Source: Crocosphaera subtropica ATCC 51142 (lineage in GTDB: Bacteria; Cyanobacteriota; Cyanobacteriia; Cyanobacteriales; Microcystaceae). From it: a stretch of 32,000 nt of DNA. The notes below the pieces were generated by a model. It was not told where the DNA came from, did not search any database, and worked only from the letters and a program-made list of their open reading frames with translations. Numbering within the stretch: position 1 is the stretch's first letter; every line of letters begins with the position of its first letter. The DNA lies in assembly GCF_000017845.1 (NCBI RefSeq), contig NC_010546.1:1243382-1275381 (forward strand), read 5' to 3'. Positions 8,388 through 18,276 of the stretch are shown in pieces. A program made the translations under genes and the position numbers.

Positions 8388-9788
8388 ATGAAAAAAGATT
8401 CCGTGGGTGACTCAAAAGATTCGACGGCTCCTCAGCCAGAGGAAAAAAACAGTTCGAGGCTCATGCCCCAAGCTTTGTTGGAGGCCAAACAAAAGCTCAA
8501 GATTAGGCTTCTCCTGTGGGCCGCCTTAGTGGGTATTTTAACAGGAGGAGTCGGAACTTTATTTCAAGTAGCTGTCTCTCAACTGATCCAAGGAAGAGAA
8601 TATTTAATACAGTTGGTCAAAAACGATGCTGTCTTAAACTGGTTAGTGCCAACTGTACTCTCAGCCATCATGGTCTATTTAGCCTTTGGGTTGATGCGTC
8701 GATTAGCCCCTGAAACTGGAGGTAGTGGGATTCCTCAAATTGAAGGGTTTCTTGACGCACTTCTTCCCTTACGCTGGCAATGGGTTCTCCCTGTTAAGTT
8801 TTTAGGGGGACTATTAGCTCTGGGTAGTGGCATGGTATTAGGGCGAGAAGGCCCAACCATTCAAATGGGAGGAAGCATTGGCAAGATGGTGGGGAGTTAC
8901 TTTCGTAGTTCGGGAGAACAAATCAAGATTCTAGTAGCGGCCGGAGCAGGAGCCGGACTAGCTAGTGCCTTTAATGCACCCTTAGCTGGTATTTTGTTTG
9001 TTAACGAAGAGATGCGTCCTAACTTTAAAGATCGCATTAGTTCCTATCGGGCAGTGGCACTGGCCTCAGTGATGGCAACCATTGTCGTAAGAATTTTTCT
9101 CGGTCAAGGTGCTGATATCAAGATCACTAAATTCGAGGCACCCCCCTTAGTGTCACTTCTAGGCTTTGCCCTCTTAGGTATCTGTTTAGGGATTATCGGT
9201 TATGTGTTTAATTTGTGTCTCTTTCGCACCCTTGACTGGTTTTCCAACCAAAGAGGTTTGTCCTATCTGGTTACTGGTTTATATGTCGGTGCTGCGATCG
9301 GTTTCCTGAGTTGGTTATATCCTCCAATTATTGGAGGTGGTGATGAGACAATTTTTTGGGCGTTTAGAAATGAAGCACCTGGCTATGTCTTACTTTCGCT
9401 CTTTTTGCTTCGTTTTGGACTAACGATGTTCTGCTACGGTTGTGGAGTCCCTGGCGGTATCTTTGCACCGATGCTTGCGTTAGCCACGACCTTCAGTATG
9501 GGGGCTACTCAGGAAGTTCATGATTGGTTTGAGTTTCCTTTTCTACTTCCCGAACCAGATGCTTTTGCTGTGGCGGGAATGGGGGCATTGGTAGCTGCCA
9601 CCGTGCGCGCTCCTTTGACGGCAATTGTGTTAACCATTGAGATGACAGATAATTATTTATTAATTTTGCCTTTATTAGTGACCTGTTTAACTTCTACTAT
9701 TACGGCTCATGCTTTAGGCGGAGAGCCGATTTACAGCGTGCTTCTGAAGCGGAACTTAAGACGGACTCAGCTAGAACAATCAAGTTAA
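8388..9788 (+). CDS. clcA: ClC-family H+/Cl- exchange transporter
   Basis: 466 aa with the canonical ClC motifs GSGIPQ, GREGPTIQ, FNAPLAGILFVNEEM and GIFAPML. Confidence 0.9.
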   Translation: MKKDSVGDSKDSTAPQPEEKNSSRLMPQALLEAKQKLKIRLLLWAALVGILTGGVGTLFQVAVSQLIQGREYLIQLVKNDAVLNWLVPTVLSAIMVYLAFGLMRRLAPETGGSGIPQIEGFLDALLPLRWQWVLPVKFLGGLLALGSGMVLGREGPTIQMGGSIGKMVGSYFRSSGEQIKILVAAGAGAGLASAFNAPLAGILFVNEEMRPNFKDRISSYRAVALASVMATIVVRIFLGQGADIKITKFEAPPLVSLLGFALLGICLGIIGYVFNLCLFRTLDWFSNQRGLSYLVTGLYVGAAIGFLSWLYPPIIGGGDETIFWAFRNEAPGYVLLSLFLLRFGLTMFCYGCGVPGGIFAPMLALATTFSMGATQEVHDWFEFPFLLPEPDAFAVAGMGALVAATVRAPLTAIVLTIEMTDNYLLILPLLVTCLTSTITAHALGGEPIYSVLLKRNLRRTQLEQSS

Positions 9789-9820
9789 TGTTCTAAATTT
9801 TACCAATGCAAAGTTAATTT

Positions 9821-10516
9821 CTAATCGGAGGCGCTATACAAAGAAACTAATCTAGCCACGATTACTGTCAAATAAATAGCCCCTACCATTGCTTCAAAAT
9901 TAGACAAAACCATGACCCATTTACCGGTAGGAAAAATATCGCCATAACCGACAGTCGTTAAAGTAATTAAACTAAAATACATGGCTAAATTCCAAGGCTT
10001 CAGTTCATATTCCCTCGAAACATCAATATGAAAAGCTTGAGGATTAATTTCCCAGATTGTGTAATAGATAAAAGACCAAATAATGCCAATAAACAGATAA
10101 GCAGTAATCGCTGAAACGATAGTTTGATTAGTAACAGTTGGCCTGCGAGCGAGTATCTTTATGGTGGTGAGCCAGCCGTATCCAAAAACGCTAATTTTGA
10201 TTAAGCCAGCATATATTAAAAACAATTGTTTTAGATGAGGAAACAAACTAAAATACAGAAAAAAATCAGAAATTAAAACTGTAAAAATTAAAGATAATAG
10301 AATGAAAACACTGCGGTTAGAATAAATATGATGATGTTTGTAAAAGCCTCGTAAACTGATTAAGGCCATGGTGAGTAAAAATAAAAGATTTGTACATAAT
10401 AACTGGACAGTTGTTTCACTAACAATAGCAATGACAATACTAATAACAGTTAGAAATAGAATCAAATAAGAGTTGGTTAATATATCAAGCATAATTTTTT
10501 CTATCAAATCAAACAA
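9821..10516 (-). CDS. Small K+ channel (ion transport 2 / pore-loop family)
   Basis: 231-aa polytopic membrane protein with the K+ selectivity filter TTVGYGD near its C-terminus. The ORF-track start at 10516 is TTG. The first ATG is at 10492. Confidence 0.8.
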   Translation of the reverse strand: MFDLIEKIMLDILTNSYLILFLTVISIVIAIVSETTVQLLCTNLLFLLTMALISLRGFYKHHHIYSNRSVFILLSLIFTVLISDFFLYFSLFPHLKQLFLIYAGLIKISVFGYGWLTTIKILARRPTVTNQTIVSAITAYLFIGIIWSFIYYTIWEINPQAFHIDVSREYELKPWNLAMYFSLITLTTVGYGDIFPTGKWVMVLSNFEAMVGAIYLTVIVARLVSLYSASD

Positions 10517-10635
10517 AGCATAATCTATATTAACCTCAGTTTGGTTAAAATCCTTCTATCTTAATCTTATCTAATACCCATAATTTGCCTCAGTTAATAG
10601 TTATTTACATGGAAATATTCTCAAACTAAGCAGGT

Positions 10636-12252
10636 TCAATTAGTTGGTTGCAGAGCTTCGTTCAATTGCTCTTGGGTCAAAGACTGAATTAAATGAAGAG
10701 GGAGCGGATTTTGTCCCATTTGCTGGACAGCAGTATCTGTTAAATAAGGCTCAAATTCCTGTTGTTGATTTAAGTAAAGATTGAAAAAAGCTAAGCTCAG
10801 ACTTTTGAGATAAGAATAAGCTAAATCTCTTCCTTCTCCGACAATAAAATCAGGTAAATTATCTCCCCCTGTCAAAAAAGATAAATGAGTTCCATTTTTA
10901 ACTAAAATTAAATATTTATCTTCTTTTTCAACATCAGCAAAAGGAGAAATTTGTTCAGGTAAAGGAGGGGCAAAAATATCTGAACTTCCGGCAATAAACA
11001 TCATAGGAACTGAGATATTATTAATACCTTGATTACCAAAAGCGGGATTAGTAACAGGATTAATTGCAATAACAGCTTTGATTCTTGGATCTTCAAGTTC
11101 AGGTAAAGGAGGAGCATTTGTTATTCCTTGACATTGCCAAAGTAAGGCTGGATTTAAGTTAATTACGTCAGGATTATCTAACTTAGCACATTCTTGTTTT
11201 AAATACTCCCATCGTACATCGGCACCACCTGTTGCTGTTGCTGTATATCCTCCTAAAGATTGACCCAAAATACCGACATTTTTTAAGTTTAATTGACCTT
11301 GAAAAGTTGGATCGGATTGTTCTTTTTCTTCTAAGGTATCTAAAGCGAGAGTAACATCTTTGGGTTGATCCATCCAAGCATTAGGATTAGGAAAAGTATC
11401 TAACCCTTGTAAAGCATCTTTCATTCTTTGGGCATCACTTTCAGGAAAGTTAATTCCTACAGTAGCAAAGCCATGAGAAGCCAAATGTTCGGCTACATAA
11501 CGTAAACCTTGAAAATCAGAATTTAAGCCAGGAGTAATAACAATTGTGGGCGCAGGTTTAGACAAGTTTTGAGGTAAATAAACAAAGATAGTTAAGGGAT
11601 CTTCATTAGGGCGAGGAATGGTTATTGTTTCCGAAGTCCAAATGATTTGTCCAGCTTTAGATAAGTCAGATAAGTTAACAGAAGAAGCAGTTGATGCTTC
11701 TGTTTCAGTTTGACTATTTAACCAATTAAAAATACGCTCTGTTGATTGATATAAGTGATCAGCTTCATTAATCGTATTACGAATCGTTTCTAAATTAACA
11801 GCTAAGGTTGAACTATCATAATTTTTAATAACATCAATAATTTTCAATCCATCTGGATTGGCAGCTGCGAGTAAAATAGCTCCCTGTAAAAAGGGTTGAC
11901 TCTGATCTGAAGGGGCATTAATTGCTCGACTCAATTGCTTGACAATTTCTTTGCCGAAATTGGTGTTGAAAAACTCGAAAGCTTCTACTTCATTAACTGG
12001 GAAAGATTTATTGAGTAAAGCCCTGAATTTTGTCAATTCTTCAGGGGTGAAATGCTTAGTATAGAAAGCAAAGTCAGGTGTTATTGTTCCATCTTTAGCA
12101 AAAACCCCTAAACTGTCCACAGAAACATCAAATTCTCCTAATGGGGCAATAGAAAATGTGATTTTTTCTGCTGCAAAAATTGGGAAAGATGGCAACAGTG
12201 ATAGTATTCCTAGTCCTAAAGTTAATCCGAATCTTTGAGTTAAATTAATCAT
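10636..12252 (-). CDS. Exported DUF1400-domain alpha/beta hydrolase
   Basis: 538 aa with a signal peptide (...FPIFAAEK) and an N-terminal region resembling the cyanobacterial DUF1400. Nucleophile elbow GQSLGG, with candidate Asp in AGSSDIF and candidate His in NGTHLSF. Confidence 0.8.
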   Translation of the reverse strand: MINLTQRFGLTLGLGILSLLPSFPIFAAEKITFSIAPLGEFDVSVDSLGVFAKDGTITPDFAFYTKHFTPEELTKFRALLNKSFPVNEVEAFEFFNTNFGKEIVKQLSRAINAPSDQSQPFLQGAILLAAANPDGLKIIDVIKNYDSSTLAVNLETIRNTINEADHLYQSTERIFNWLNSQTETEASTASSVNLSDLSKAGQIIWTSETITIPRPNEDPLTIFVYLPQNLSKPAPTIVITPGLNSDFQGLRYVAEHLASHGFATVGINFPESDAQRMKDALQGLDTFPNPNAWMDQPKDVTLALDTLEEKEQSDPTFQGQLNLKNVGILGQSLGGYTATATGGADVRWEYLKQECAKLDNPDVINLNPALLWQCQGITNAPPLPELEDPRIKAVIAINPVTNPAFGNQGINNISVPMMFIAGSSDIFAPPLPEQISPFADVEKEDKYLILVKNGTHLSFLTGGDNLPDFIVGEGRDLAYSYLKSLSLAFFNLYLNQQQEFEPYLTDTAVQQMGQNPLPLHLIQSLTQEQLNEALQPTN

Positions 12253-12287
12253 GTTAATATTGCTAAATCGTAAAAGATTAATAATTA

Positions 12288-12325
12288 AAGTGAGTTTAAG
12301 CTTAGAAAGCTAGTTAAACTCACTT
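12288..12325 (-). terminator. Strong hairpin terminating the sulfatase operon
   Basis: Perfect 12-bp stem AAGTGAGTTTAA / TTAAACTCACTT with a 14-nt loop, 32 nt downstream of the stop at 12357. It is followed on the minus strand by TAATTATTAATCTTTT. Confidence 0.6.
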
Positions 12326-12356
12326 GGTTGCGAAGATTTATTAAATACAAAAAAGA

Positions 12357-13016
12357 TTACGGAGCAGGAACGACACGATAGTAAACTCCATTAGCCCCGG
12401 CTGCTGGACTAAACCAAGTTCCGTTGCAATTATAAAAATTTCCTCCATCAGATTGACTAGAAACACATCCTGACGGAAGACTGGGATAGATAGCCCCTAC
12501 AGTATAAGCACTTCCAGATGTCTCTTCGGGTGCAGAATTATTGGTTGCTGTGGCACTAGCTGCTCCGATCGCTGCTCCTGCTGCTGCTGCCCCGGCAGCA
12601 GCCCAACCACCGCAATTATAACAATCAGAGCCGTAGTGATTGACCACAGCAGGGGGATGATAAGTAGAGTAGGTTCCACCATGATAATCGCCATACCCAA
12701 CGCCCCCGTTAACAGTGGTTCCATAAGGACTCGTAGCACGCCAAGAACCACCGCCCCCTGAGGCTGTACCACCCCTAGCTCCGGTACCACTCCAAGAGCC
12801 ATCACCCCCTGAAGCGGTGCCACCCCTAGCTCCGGTACCACTCCAGGAACCACCGCCCCCTGAAGCGGTGCCACCTCGAAATCCAGTACCACTCCAAGAC
12901 CCACCGCCTCCTGAGACTCTACCCCCTCTAGCTCCTGCGTGGAAGAAAGCAGCAGAGGGATCGCAAGTAAGAGTCATAGAAAGAAGCGTAATCAAGCTAA
13001 TCACTAAGGTTTTCAT
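12357..13016 (-). CDS. Exported Gly-rich tandem-repeat protein with a Cys/aromatic C-terminal region
   Basis: 219 aa with a signal peptide (MKTLVISLITLLSMTLTC...SAA). Four 17-aa units RGGTASGGGGSWSGTGA are followed by ...CYNCGGW..., an Ala-rich stretch, and ...FYNCNGTWFSPAAGANGVYYRVVPAP. Of the three open frames here, this is the only one with a signal peptide and operon context. Confidence 0.7.
   Translation of the reverse strand: MKTLVISLITLLSMTLTCDPSAAFFHAGARGGRVSGGGGSWSGTGFRGGTASGGGGSWSGTGARGGTASGGDGSWSGTGARGGTASGGGGSWRATSPYGTTVNGGVGYGDYHGGTYSTYHPPAVVNHYGSDCYNCGGWAAAGAAAAGAAIGAASATATNNSAPEETSGSAYTVGAIYPSLPSGCVSSQSDGGNFYNCNGTWFSPAAGANGVYYRVVPAP
12738..12929 (-). repeat. 51-nt tandem repeat (about 4 copies) encoding the RGGTASGGGGSWSGTGA units
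   Basis: Residues 30-93 of the 219-aa protein. The GC-rich repeat keeps several reading frames open. Confidence 0.8.
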
Positions 13017-13027
13017 TATTAATTCTC

Positions 13028-13831
13028 CTATTCAGATTGAGTTGGTGATGTTGTATCCGTGGAAGTAGAATTTGGGGGTTCAGGGGGTGCAAAAGGAATG
13101 GTGGTAGCCTTTTTTGCTTCGGAAGAGGTAAAATCCCCCGCAGAAACCGGAATATCTAGCTGCCAATCAGAAAACTCCACTTGATGCCGTAGTCTTGAAG
13201 GATCATCTCGATAGACGGCCCGAATCATGCGAGGTAGCTTATCTTCAGCCCCAATCCAAATTTGGGCAAAAATAGTGTCATTGGCCACCGCGACAATATC
13301 CGTTGTGGTTCCCCCCACCACGCTAGATTGACCTACAACAAAGGCAATTTGTAGTCCTTCTCTGATATCTTGATAGGGATTGCTAACAATGACATCAGTG
13401 AAAGGAAAATAGATGGCCGCAGAATCATAGGCTAATTTTAAGGCAGCATCAAGGGTTGCTGGCGCATCAGCCACCGCCACCAGATTTTCAGCAGGAGAGT
13501 AGGCAGTGATTGTCTGACCATCGTAATAAAATTCGTTAGCTGGCCCATCTCCAGGGGTAATCACTTTTAATTGATTGGGTCGTTGTAAGGTAACTTCTGA
13601 AATCGTGGTGTAAACCAGAGGAGGGCCAAGGCGACTGGGACTTTCGTAGGTGCTGACGGCAGTAAAAGTCATTGAATCGGTAGCCGTTAGGCGATCACTC
13701 ATGGACTTGATTAAGGCGATCGCTTGAGGTTCAATTTCACTCTTTGTTTGGGCGGTTATTCTCTGGGGAATAGCCAGTAAACTAACACTGACTAAGGAGA
13801 AAAGAAGAGATTTTTTCCATAAACTAGACAT
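13028..13831 (-). CDS. Exported DUF2092-like (LolA-fold-like) periplasmic protein
   Basis: 267 aa with a signal peptide ending ITAQ. The pattern ...LQRPNQLKV...YYDGQTITAYSP...YFPFTDVI...FSDWQLD... matches my recollection of DUF2092. The C-terminal tail is Pro/Ser/Thr-rich. Confidence 0.7.
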   Translation of the reverse strand: MSSLWKKSLLFSLVSVSLLAIPQRITAQTKSEIEPQAIALIKSMSDRLTATDSMTFTAVSTYESPSRLGPPLVYTTISEVTLQRPNQLKVITPGDGPANEFYYDGQTITAYSPAENLVAVADAPATLDAALKLAYDSAAIYFPFTDVIVSNPYQDIREGLQIAFVVGQSSVVGGTTTDIVAVANDTIFAQIWIGAEDKLPRMIRAVYRDDPSRLRHQVEFSDWQLDIPVSAGDFTSSEAKKATTIPFAPPEPPNSTSTDTTSPTQSE

Positions 13832-13887
13832 CTTGTTACAATCTCCTGAGACTTGTTTTTTGTGAAATGAATAGTCAGTAGGGACGA

Positions 13888-15219
13888 TTAGGAAACACCC
13901 TTAACTGGGGGAGGGGACCAGATTTTCTCTAAGACGGGTGCTTTAGGGGAATATAACCTCATAATGAGATTGAAATGATCTGACGGTGAGGGCAACCAGT
14001 TCCCTTCCTTATTTTCTCCAGGAGACTCATGGGAGATGAAAATATCGAGAGAACCATCGTCATTAAAGTTCAAATTATCGCGATCGCCGATGGCATAACG
14101 GTTAAGAGGATTATCGACAAAAAATTGTTGGTTATTGTACATCGTAATCGACCAAAAGGCATTAACAGGGGGGATTTCTTCTGATTCAAAATGAATGACA
14201 TAATCATGTTCCCCACTCAAGGGGTTGCCCTCCTTGTCAACTCGTGTCAAGGGATAGATGGCATCTTCAGGCAAATTTGCTCCTAACCCAACCCAGGCGA
14301 CTCCTGCACGGTGTAAATAGTCTGTTCCGTAGCTTCCCAAGTCATAGGTCATTAACCAGTTATTTTTGACCTCTGCTTTAGGGGTTTGGCCGGCTTTGAC
14401 CACTTGTTCATGGGCAACAGAAATACTACGCTCAAGTCCTTTGATGATTACGGGATCAAGTGCTTTTAAATCAAAGTTTTCATCGGGGATTAAACCAATT
14501 TCTGCCAATTTTTTCCCTATTTCTTGGTCCTTAAGGGCAGGAGGATTCGCTGTCATCAACCTACACATTCGAGTGAAAAAAGAAGCCGCATCGAGGTTTT
14601 TGACCTGTTCAACGGGGGGAGTTTGGGTATCAATTCCGTCCGTAACCGGGACATGGGTGGGCGGTTGATAAGATTTCTCCCATTGACTCAACGGGGTTAG
14701 CTGATATAGGTCTTGGATGGCGTGAACTGCTTCATAATCGGCTTTTCCGTTCGTCTGTGTTCGTCCAATAATCCAAACCATGGAGGTTGGTGACTGAATT
14801 TTCTGTACTCCTTCAGGAAGTTCTCCCGTCCAATTGGGCGGTAAAATGGCAAAATCCCCTTTTTTTGTGCCTGTCGTCCGTTTACCGGGGGAAGCAAAAA
14901 TATTTGTCCAAGCGTCTAGCATGGGCATTAAATAGTAACGTCCTCCTGTATCGGGAACACTCAAAATGATGGGTTCAGCCGAAAGATCAAGCCAAGCAGA
15001 GGAATATAACGTATCGGCATTGGGACTCACCACTGCTGTAAAGGAAGCATCAGGAAAGGCTTTTAAGTGGGCAAATTGGTTAATCGGGGCTTTAAATCCT
15101 TGGGAGGAAGAGACGGCCGTTGTGATTGCTTGGGTAATATCCATTAAAATTAAAGGATAACCGAAGATATAGGCTTCAACGCCTAAGTTAAAAGCTTGTT
15201 CTTCTGATAAAGGGGTCAT
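13888..15219 (-). CDS. DUF1254/DUF1214 two-domain protein
   Basis: 443 aa. The N-terminal half has YIFGYPL...NADTLYSSAWLDL...PIILSVPDTGGRYYLMPMLDAWTN (DUF1254 pattern). The C-terminal half has YGTDYLHRAGVAWVGLGANLPEDAIY...PPVNAFWSITMY...NRYAIGDRD...NWLPSP...NLIMRLYSP (DUF1214 pattern). No signal peptide is present in this frame. Confidence 0.85.
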   Translation of the reverse strand: MTPLSEEQAFNLGVEAYIFGYPLILMDITQAITTAVSSSQGFKAPINQFAHLKAFPDASFTAVVSPNADTLYSSAWLDLSAEPIILSVPDTGGRYYLMPMLDAWTNIFASPGKRTTGTKKGDFAILPPNWTGELPEGVQKIQSPTSMVWIIGRTQTNGKADYEAVHAIQDLYQLTPLSQWEKSYQPPTHVPVTDGIDTQTPPVEQVKNLDAASFFTRMCRLMTANPPALKDQEIGKKLAEIGLIPDENFDLKALDPVIIKGLERSISVAHEQVVKAGQTPKAEVKNNWLMTYDLGSYGTDYLHRAGVAWVGLGANLPEDAIYPLTRVDKEGNPLSGEHDYVIHFESEEIPPVNAFWSITMYNNQQFFVDNPLNRYAIGDRDNLNFNDDGSLDIFISHESPGENKEGNWLPSPSDHFNLIMRLYSPKAPVLEKIWSPPPVKGVS

Positions 15220-15376
15220 GGTTATAAAACCTCAGGTTTTTGATTAAAAAGAAAAATTGGCTGTTAATAAGAAGCAAATCAGGTTAAAAATTGAGGGATT
15301 TAACAACAACTCCGATAAAACTGACGAAACCAATAATTAACAAATTAGAAATAACAGAATATTTTGGCTGTTTTAC

Positions 15377-17731
15377 CTACTGTCGGGCCATAATTGTCCG
15401 CATTTCTGCTTCATGGTCATGAATTAAATCGCCACTGACATCCACAACAACAGTATAAATTTTACCCGTAAACTTAAACGGCGGTTCATAATCAGGAGTG
15501 ACAGGAGAACCAGGGGCAAAACCACAGGTTAAACCGCTACTTACTCCTATATTGAGAGGAATGGTTACCGAAACGTCCGTTTGTCCGACTAATTTTTCGT
15601 CAATATACAATTGAGCGCGACCTGGCGCACCTTTTCCTGTGGCGAGATCCACTTGGCCAGTGGGTTCAAACTCAAAGCGTAACTGATGACGACCTTCTGG
15701 GATCGATTCCTTTGATTGAAGATGATAGAGCGATCGCGCTAAATAATTATGAACCCAGTGCAGTTTGCCCCCTTTGACATAGAAAGCATACCCCCCATCA
15801 TTACCTCCATGAGCGAGTAAAACCCCTTCTGCGCCCCCTTGAGGAATCTCCACATCGGCCGTGATACTATGGAGACGATTTAGCACTCTGACGGCACTAT
15901 TTGAGGGAATTTCTTGAGTGTTAGGATAGTAAGTATAGCGAGTTCGAGCCTCCGCAATTTGAGGTCGTTCTTCTGCAAGACGCTGTACACCACGGCCATC
16001 AACGGGTAACACATTATATTTGCCGGCTTCTACATACCAAGTTGCCACCATTTCGATGAGTTTTGCCCGATTATCTGCTGCAATATTGTGATTTTCGGCA
16101 AAATCTTCAGCAATGTGATACAGTTCCCAGTGATGGGCATCCAGTTCGGTTAGGGTATCTTTAGCAATAGGAACGCCAAAGGGTTTCCCTGCTTCGGTGA
16201 AAGAAGGACCGGGCCAAGGACACACAGCACGCCAACCGTCATAATAGAGGGAACGATGCCCCATCATCTCAAAATATTGGGTAATATGCTTACTTGGTGC
16301 TTCGGCATTATCTAAGGTATGGGCAAAACTCACCCCTTCAATGGGGGATTGTGTCACCCCTCTAATGGTGGTTGGGGGGTCAATTTCCAGTAATTCCAGC
16401 ACCGTTGGCACTAAATCAATGGCATGGGCGTACTGGGTCCGAATTTCGCCCTTTGCCTTAATCCCTTGGGGCCAATGCACAATTAAGGGATCGCTAATAC
16501 CCCCTCGGTAGGTTTCTCGTTTCCAACGTCGGAAAGGGGTATTACCTGCCCAAGTCCAACCCCAAGGATAATGATTAAACGTTTCGGGTCCTCCGAGTTT
16601 GTCAATTTCTTTGAGATTATCTTCGAGGGTTTCAGGGACATTATTAAAAAAGAGGGTTTCGTTGATCGAGCCTTGCAGTCCCCCTTCTGCACTCGCTCCA
16701 TTATCGGAAATGACCATAATAATCGTATTCTCAAATTCCCCAATATTTTTGAGAAAATCCAATAAACGACCGATATGATAATCTGTATGGGTGAAAAATC
16801 CCGCAAAAACCTCCATCATGCGAGCATAAAGCCTTTTTTCATCGGCTGAGAGGGAATCCCAGTGAGGAACATCGGGATCATGACGAGACAGTTCAGCATT
16901 TTGGGGAACAATGCCCATTTCTTTCTGACGGGCAAATACTTTCTCTCGGTACGCTTCCCAACCGTCATCAAATTGTCCGGCGTAAGCGTCTGCCCACTCT
17001 TTGGGGACATGATGGGGGGCGTGCATCGCACCAGGACAAAAATACATGAAAAAGGGCTTATCGGGGGCAATTTGTTTAGAATCAGCAATAAAGCTTATGG
17101 CTTTGTCCGCAATATCTGCGTTAAAGTGATAACCTTCTTCTGGTGTTTTGTCAGGATGGACTTGGTGGTTATCATAGACGAGAGCGGGGTAGTATTGATG
17201 GGTATCTCCCCCTAAAAAGCCGTAATATCGCTCAAAACCCCGTCCCAACGGCCAGCGATCGTAGGGACCGGCGGCCGACAGTTGATCGGCAGGGGTTAAA
17301 TGCCATTTGCCGATCGCATAGGTATTATAACCTTTTTGTAGCAATATTTCTGATAAAAAGCCATTTTCAAAGGGAATGTTGCCATTACTGCCTGGATAGC
17401 CCGTTGAACCTTCTGTAATGCAGGCCATAGCGTTGGAATGGTGATTACGTCCCGTCATAATACAGGAACGAGAGGGAGAACATAAGGCTGTCGTATGTAG
17501 ATTGTTATAACGCAAACCATTAGCAGCTAAGGCATCTAAATTAGGGGTTTTTATGGGACTTCCATAACACCCAAATTGTCCAAATCCAGTATCATCGAGG
17601 ACAATAAACAAAACGTTGGGGGTGCCTTTTTTTGCCCGTAATGGTTCTGGCCAAGCAGGGCTAGATTGATCTACAGTTCGTCCGATAACCCCAGAAAAAG
17701 CGGTTCCAGGTTTATATTCTTGCAAAGCCAT
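15377..17731 (-). CDS. Cys-type arylsulfatase (AtsA-like, about 780-aa class)
   Basis: 784 aa with the sulfatase signature LCSPSRSCIMTGR (C-x-P-x-R) and metal-site residues in FIVLDDTGFG. It has a long C-terminal beta-rich domain and no N-terminal signal peptide. Confidence 0.9.
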   Translation of the reverse strand: MALQEYKPGTAFSGVIGRTVDQSSPAWPEPLRAKKGTPNVLFIVLDDTGFGQFGCYGSPIKTPNLDALAANGLRYNNLHTTALCSPSRSCIMTGRNHHSNAMACITEGSTGYPGSNGNIPFENGFLSEILLQKGYNTYAIGKWHLTPADQLSAAGPYDRWPLGRGFERYYGFLGGDTHQYYPALVYDNHQVHPDKTPEEGYHFNADIADKAISFIADSKQIAPDKPFFMYFCPGAMHAPHHVPKEWADAYAGQFDDGWEAYREKVFARQKEMGIVPQNAELSRHDPDVPHWDSLSADEKRLYARMMEVFAGFFTHTDYHIGRLLDFLKNIGEFENTIIMVISDNGASAEGGLQGSINETLFFNNVPETLEDNLKEIDKLGGPETFNHYPWGWTWAGNTPFRRWKRETYRGGISDPLIVHWPQGIKAKGEIRTQYAHAIDLVPTVLELLEIDPPTTIRGVTQSPIEGVSFAHTLDNAEAPSKHITQYFEMMGHRSLYYDGWRAVCPWPGPSFTEAGKPFGVPIAKDTLTELDAHHWELYHIAEDFAENHNIAADNRAKLIEMVATWYVEAGKYNVLPVDGRGVQRLAEERPQIAEARTRYTYYPNTQEIPSNSAVRVLNRLHSITADVEIPQGGAEGVLLAHGGNDGGYAFYVKGGKLHWVHNYLARSLYHLQSKESIPEGRHQLRFEFEPTGQVDLATGKGAPGRAQLYIDEKLVGQTDVSVTIPLNIGVSSGLTCGFAPGSPVTPDYEPPFKFTGKIYTVVVDVSGDLIHDHEAEMRTIMARQ

Positions 17732-17745
17732 ACATTTAACCTCAT

Positions 17746-18273
17746 TTAAGATTTTTCACTAGGAATTGTTGAATTTTTGCCTCTCAACTGAGAGGGAGCA
17801 AAGAAAAATTCATGAACATTTTCTTTTCCAAAATAAATTTCAAGTTCTTTTAAAATATTGTGTATAAAAAAAACAATTGATATGCACAATGTGACGGCTA
17901 AAACTTGATAGATATTTTCTGAAACGAGAAAACTTTTAAAAGCAGGAATAAGGGATTTAGTTTGATGATAAGCATGAAGCAAATGTTCCATTATTCCCAG
18001 TATCAAAACGGCTACAGTATAAATAAAGGTTTTATACAAAATGCTGAGATAACGAGGACTTTCCTCAAACCGATTCATCCAAGGGGTTGCATCCATAATG
18101 GCTACGGCCTTAGCCGCCACTAATGCTCCTATAATGGCTTTTGAAAGAACATAAGTGTCAATGGAATATTCTTTTAAAAATAGCTTCATAATTAAAAGAA
18201 TGTAACCAAATCCCAATAGAAAAAATAGGGCTAAAGAGCCGATTTTTCTGATTTCGCGCTGAAGTGCTTGCAT
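17746..18273 (-). CDS. Small polytopic membrane protein, first gene of the sulfatase operon
   Basis: About four hydrophobic segments. Its stop is 14 nt before the sulfatase ATG, with GAGG in between. The ORF track starts it at 18288 (MEMSI...), but those five codons lie inside the IS terminal repeat, so the native start is most likely the ATG at 18273 (MQALQREIRK...). Confidence 0.6.
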   Translation of the reverse strand: MQALQREIRKIGSLALFFLLGFGYILLIMKLFLKEYSIDTYVLSKAIIGALVAAKAVAIMDATPWMNRFEESPRYLSILYKTFIYTVAVLILGIMEHLLHAYHQTKSLIPAFKSFLVSENIYQVLAVTLCISIVFFIHNILKELEIYFGKENVHEFFFAPSQLRGKNSTIPSEKS

Positions 18274-18276
18274 AAT

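Noticed and set aside
8516-8713. 65-aa ORF in another frame of clcA.
   Set aside because: It is a same-strand shadow ORF inside clcA.
11183-11377. 64-aa ORF within the hydrolase gene.
   Set aside because: It is an alternative frame of a supported CDS and its sequence is basic and low-complexity.
12497-13068. ORFs 12497..12904 (-) and 12817..13068 (+) overlapping the Gly-rich gene.
   Set aside because: The GC-rich 51-nt tandem repeat keeps several frames open. Only the 12357..13016 frame has a signal peptide, a tight operon junction and a non-repetitive C-terminal domain.
14366-15160. Short ORFs 14366..14668, 14697..14897, 14787..14969 and 14966..15160 within the DUF1254/DUF1214 gene.
   Set aside because: They are shadow ORFs in other frames or strands of a CDS with clear family motifs.
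15220-15376. A hydrophobic mini-frame (…LLIIGFVSFIGVVVKSLNF) in the 157-nt spacer after the sulfatase stop, considered as a lost signal peptide for the DUF1254/DUF1214 protein or as a small membrane peptide.
   Set aside because: It has no ATG, is separated from the downstream ATG by stops and a frame change, and is only about 19 codons from a TTG. It cannot be supported from sequence alone.
16483-17418. Five short ORFs on both strands inside the arylsulfatase gene.
   Set aside because: All overlap a full-length sulfatase CDS with an intact signature, so they are shadow ORFs.
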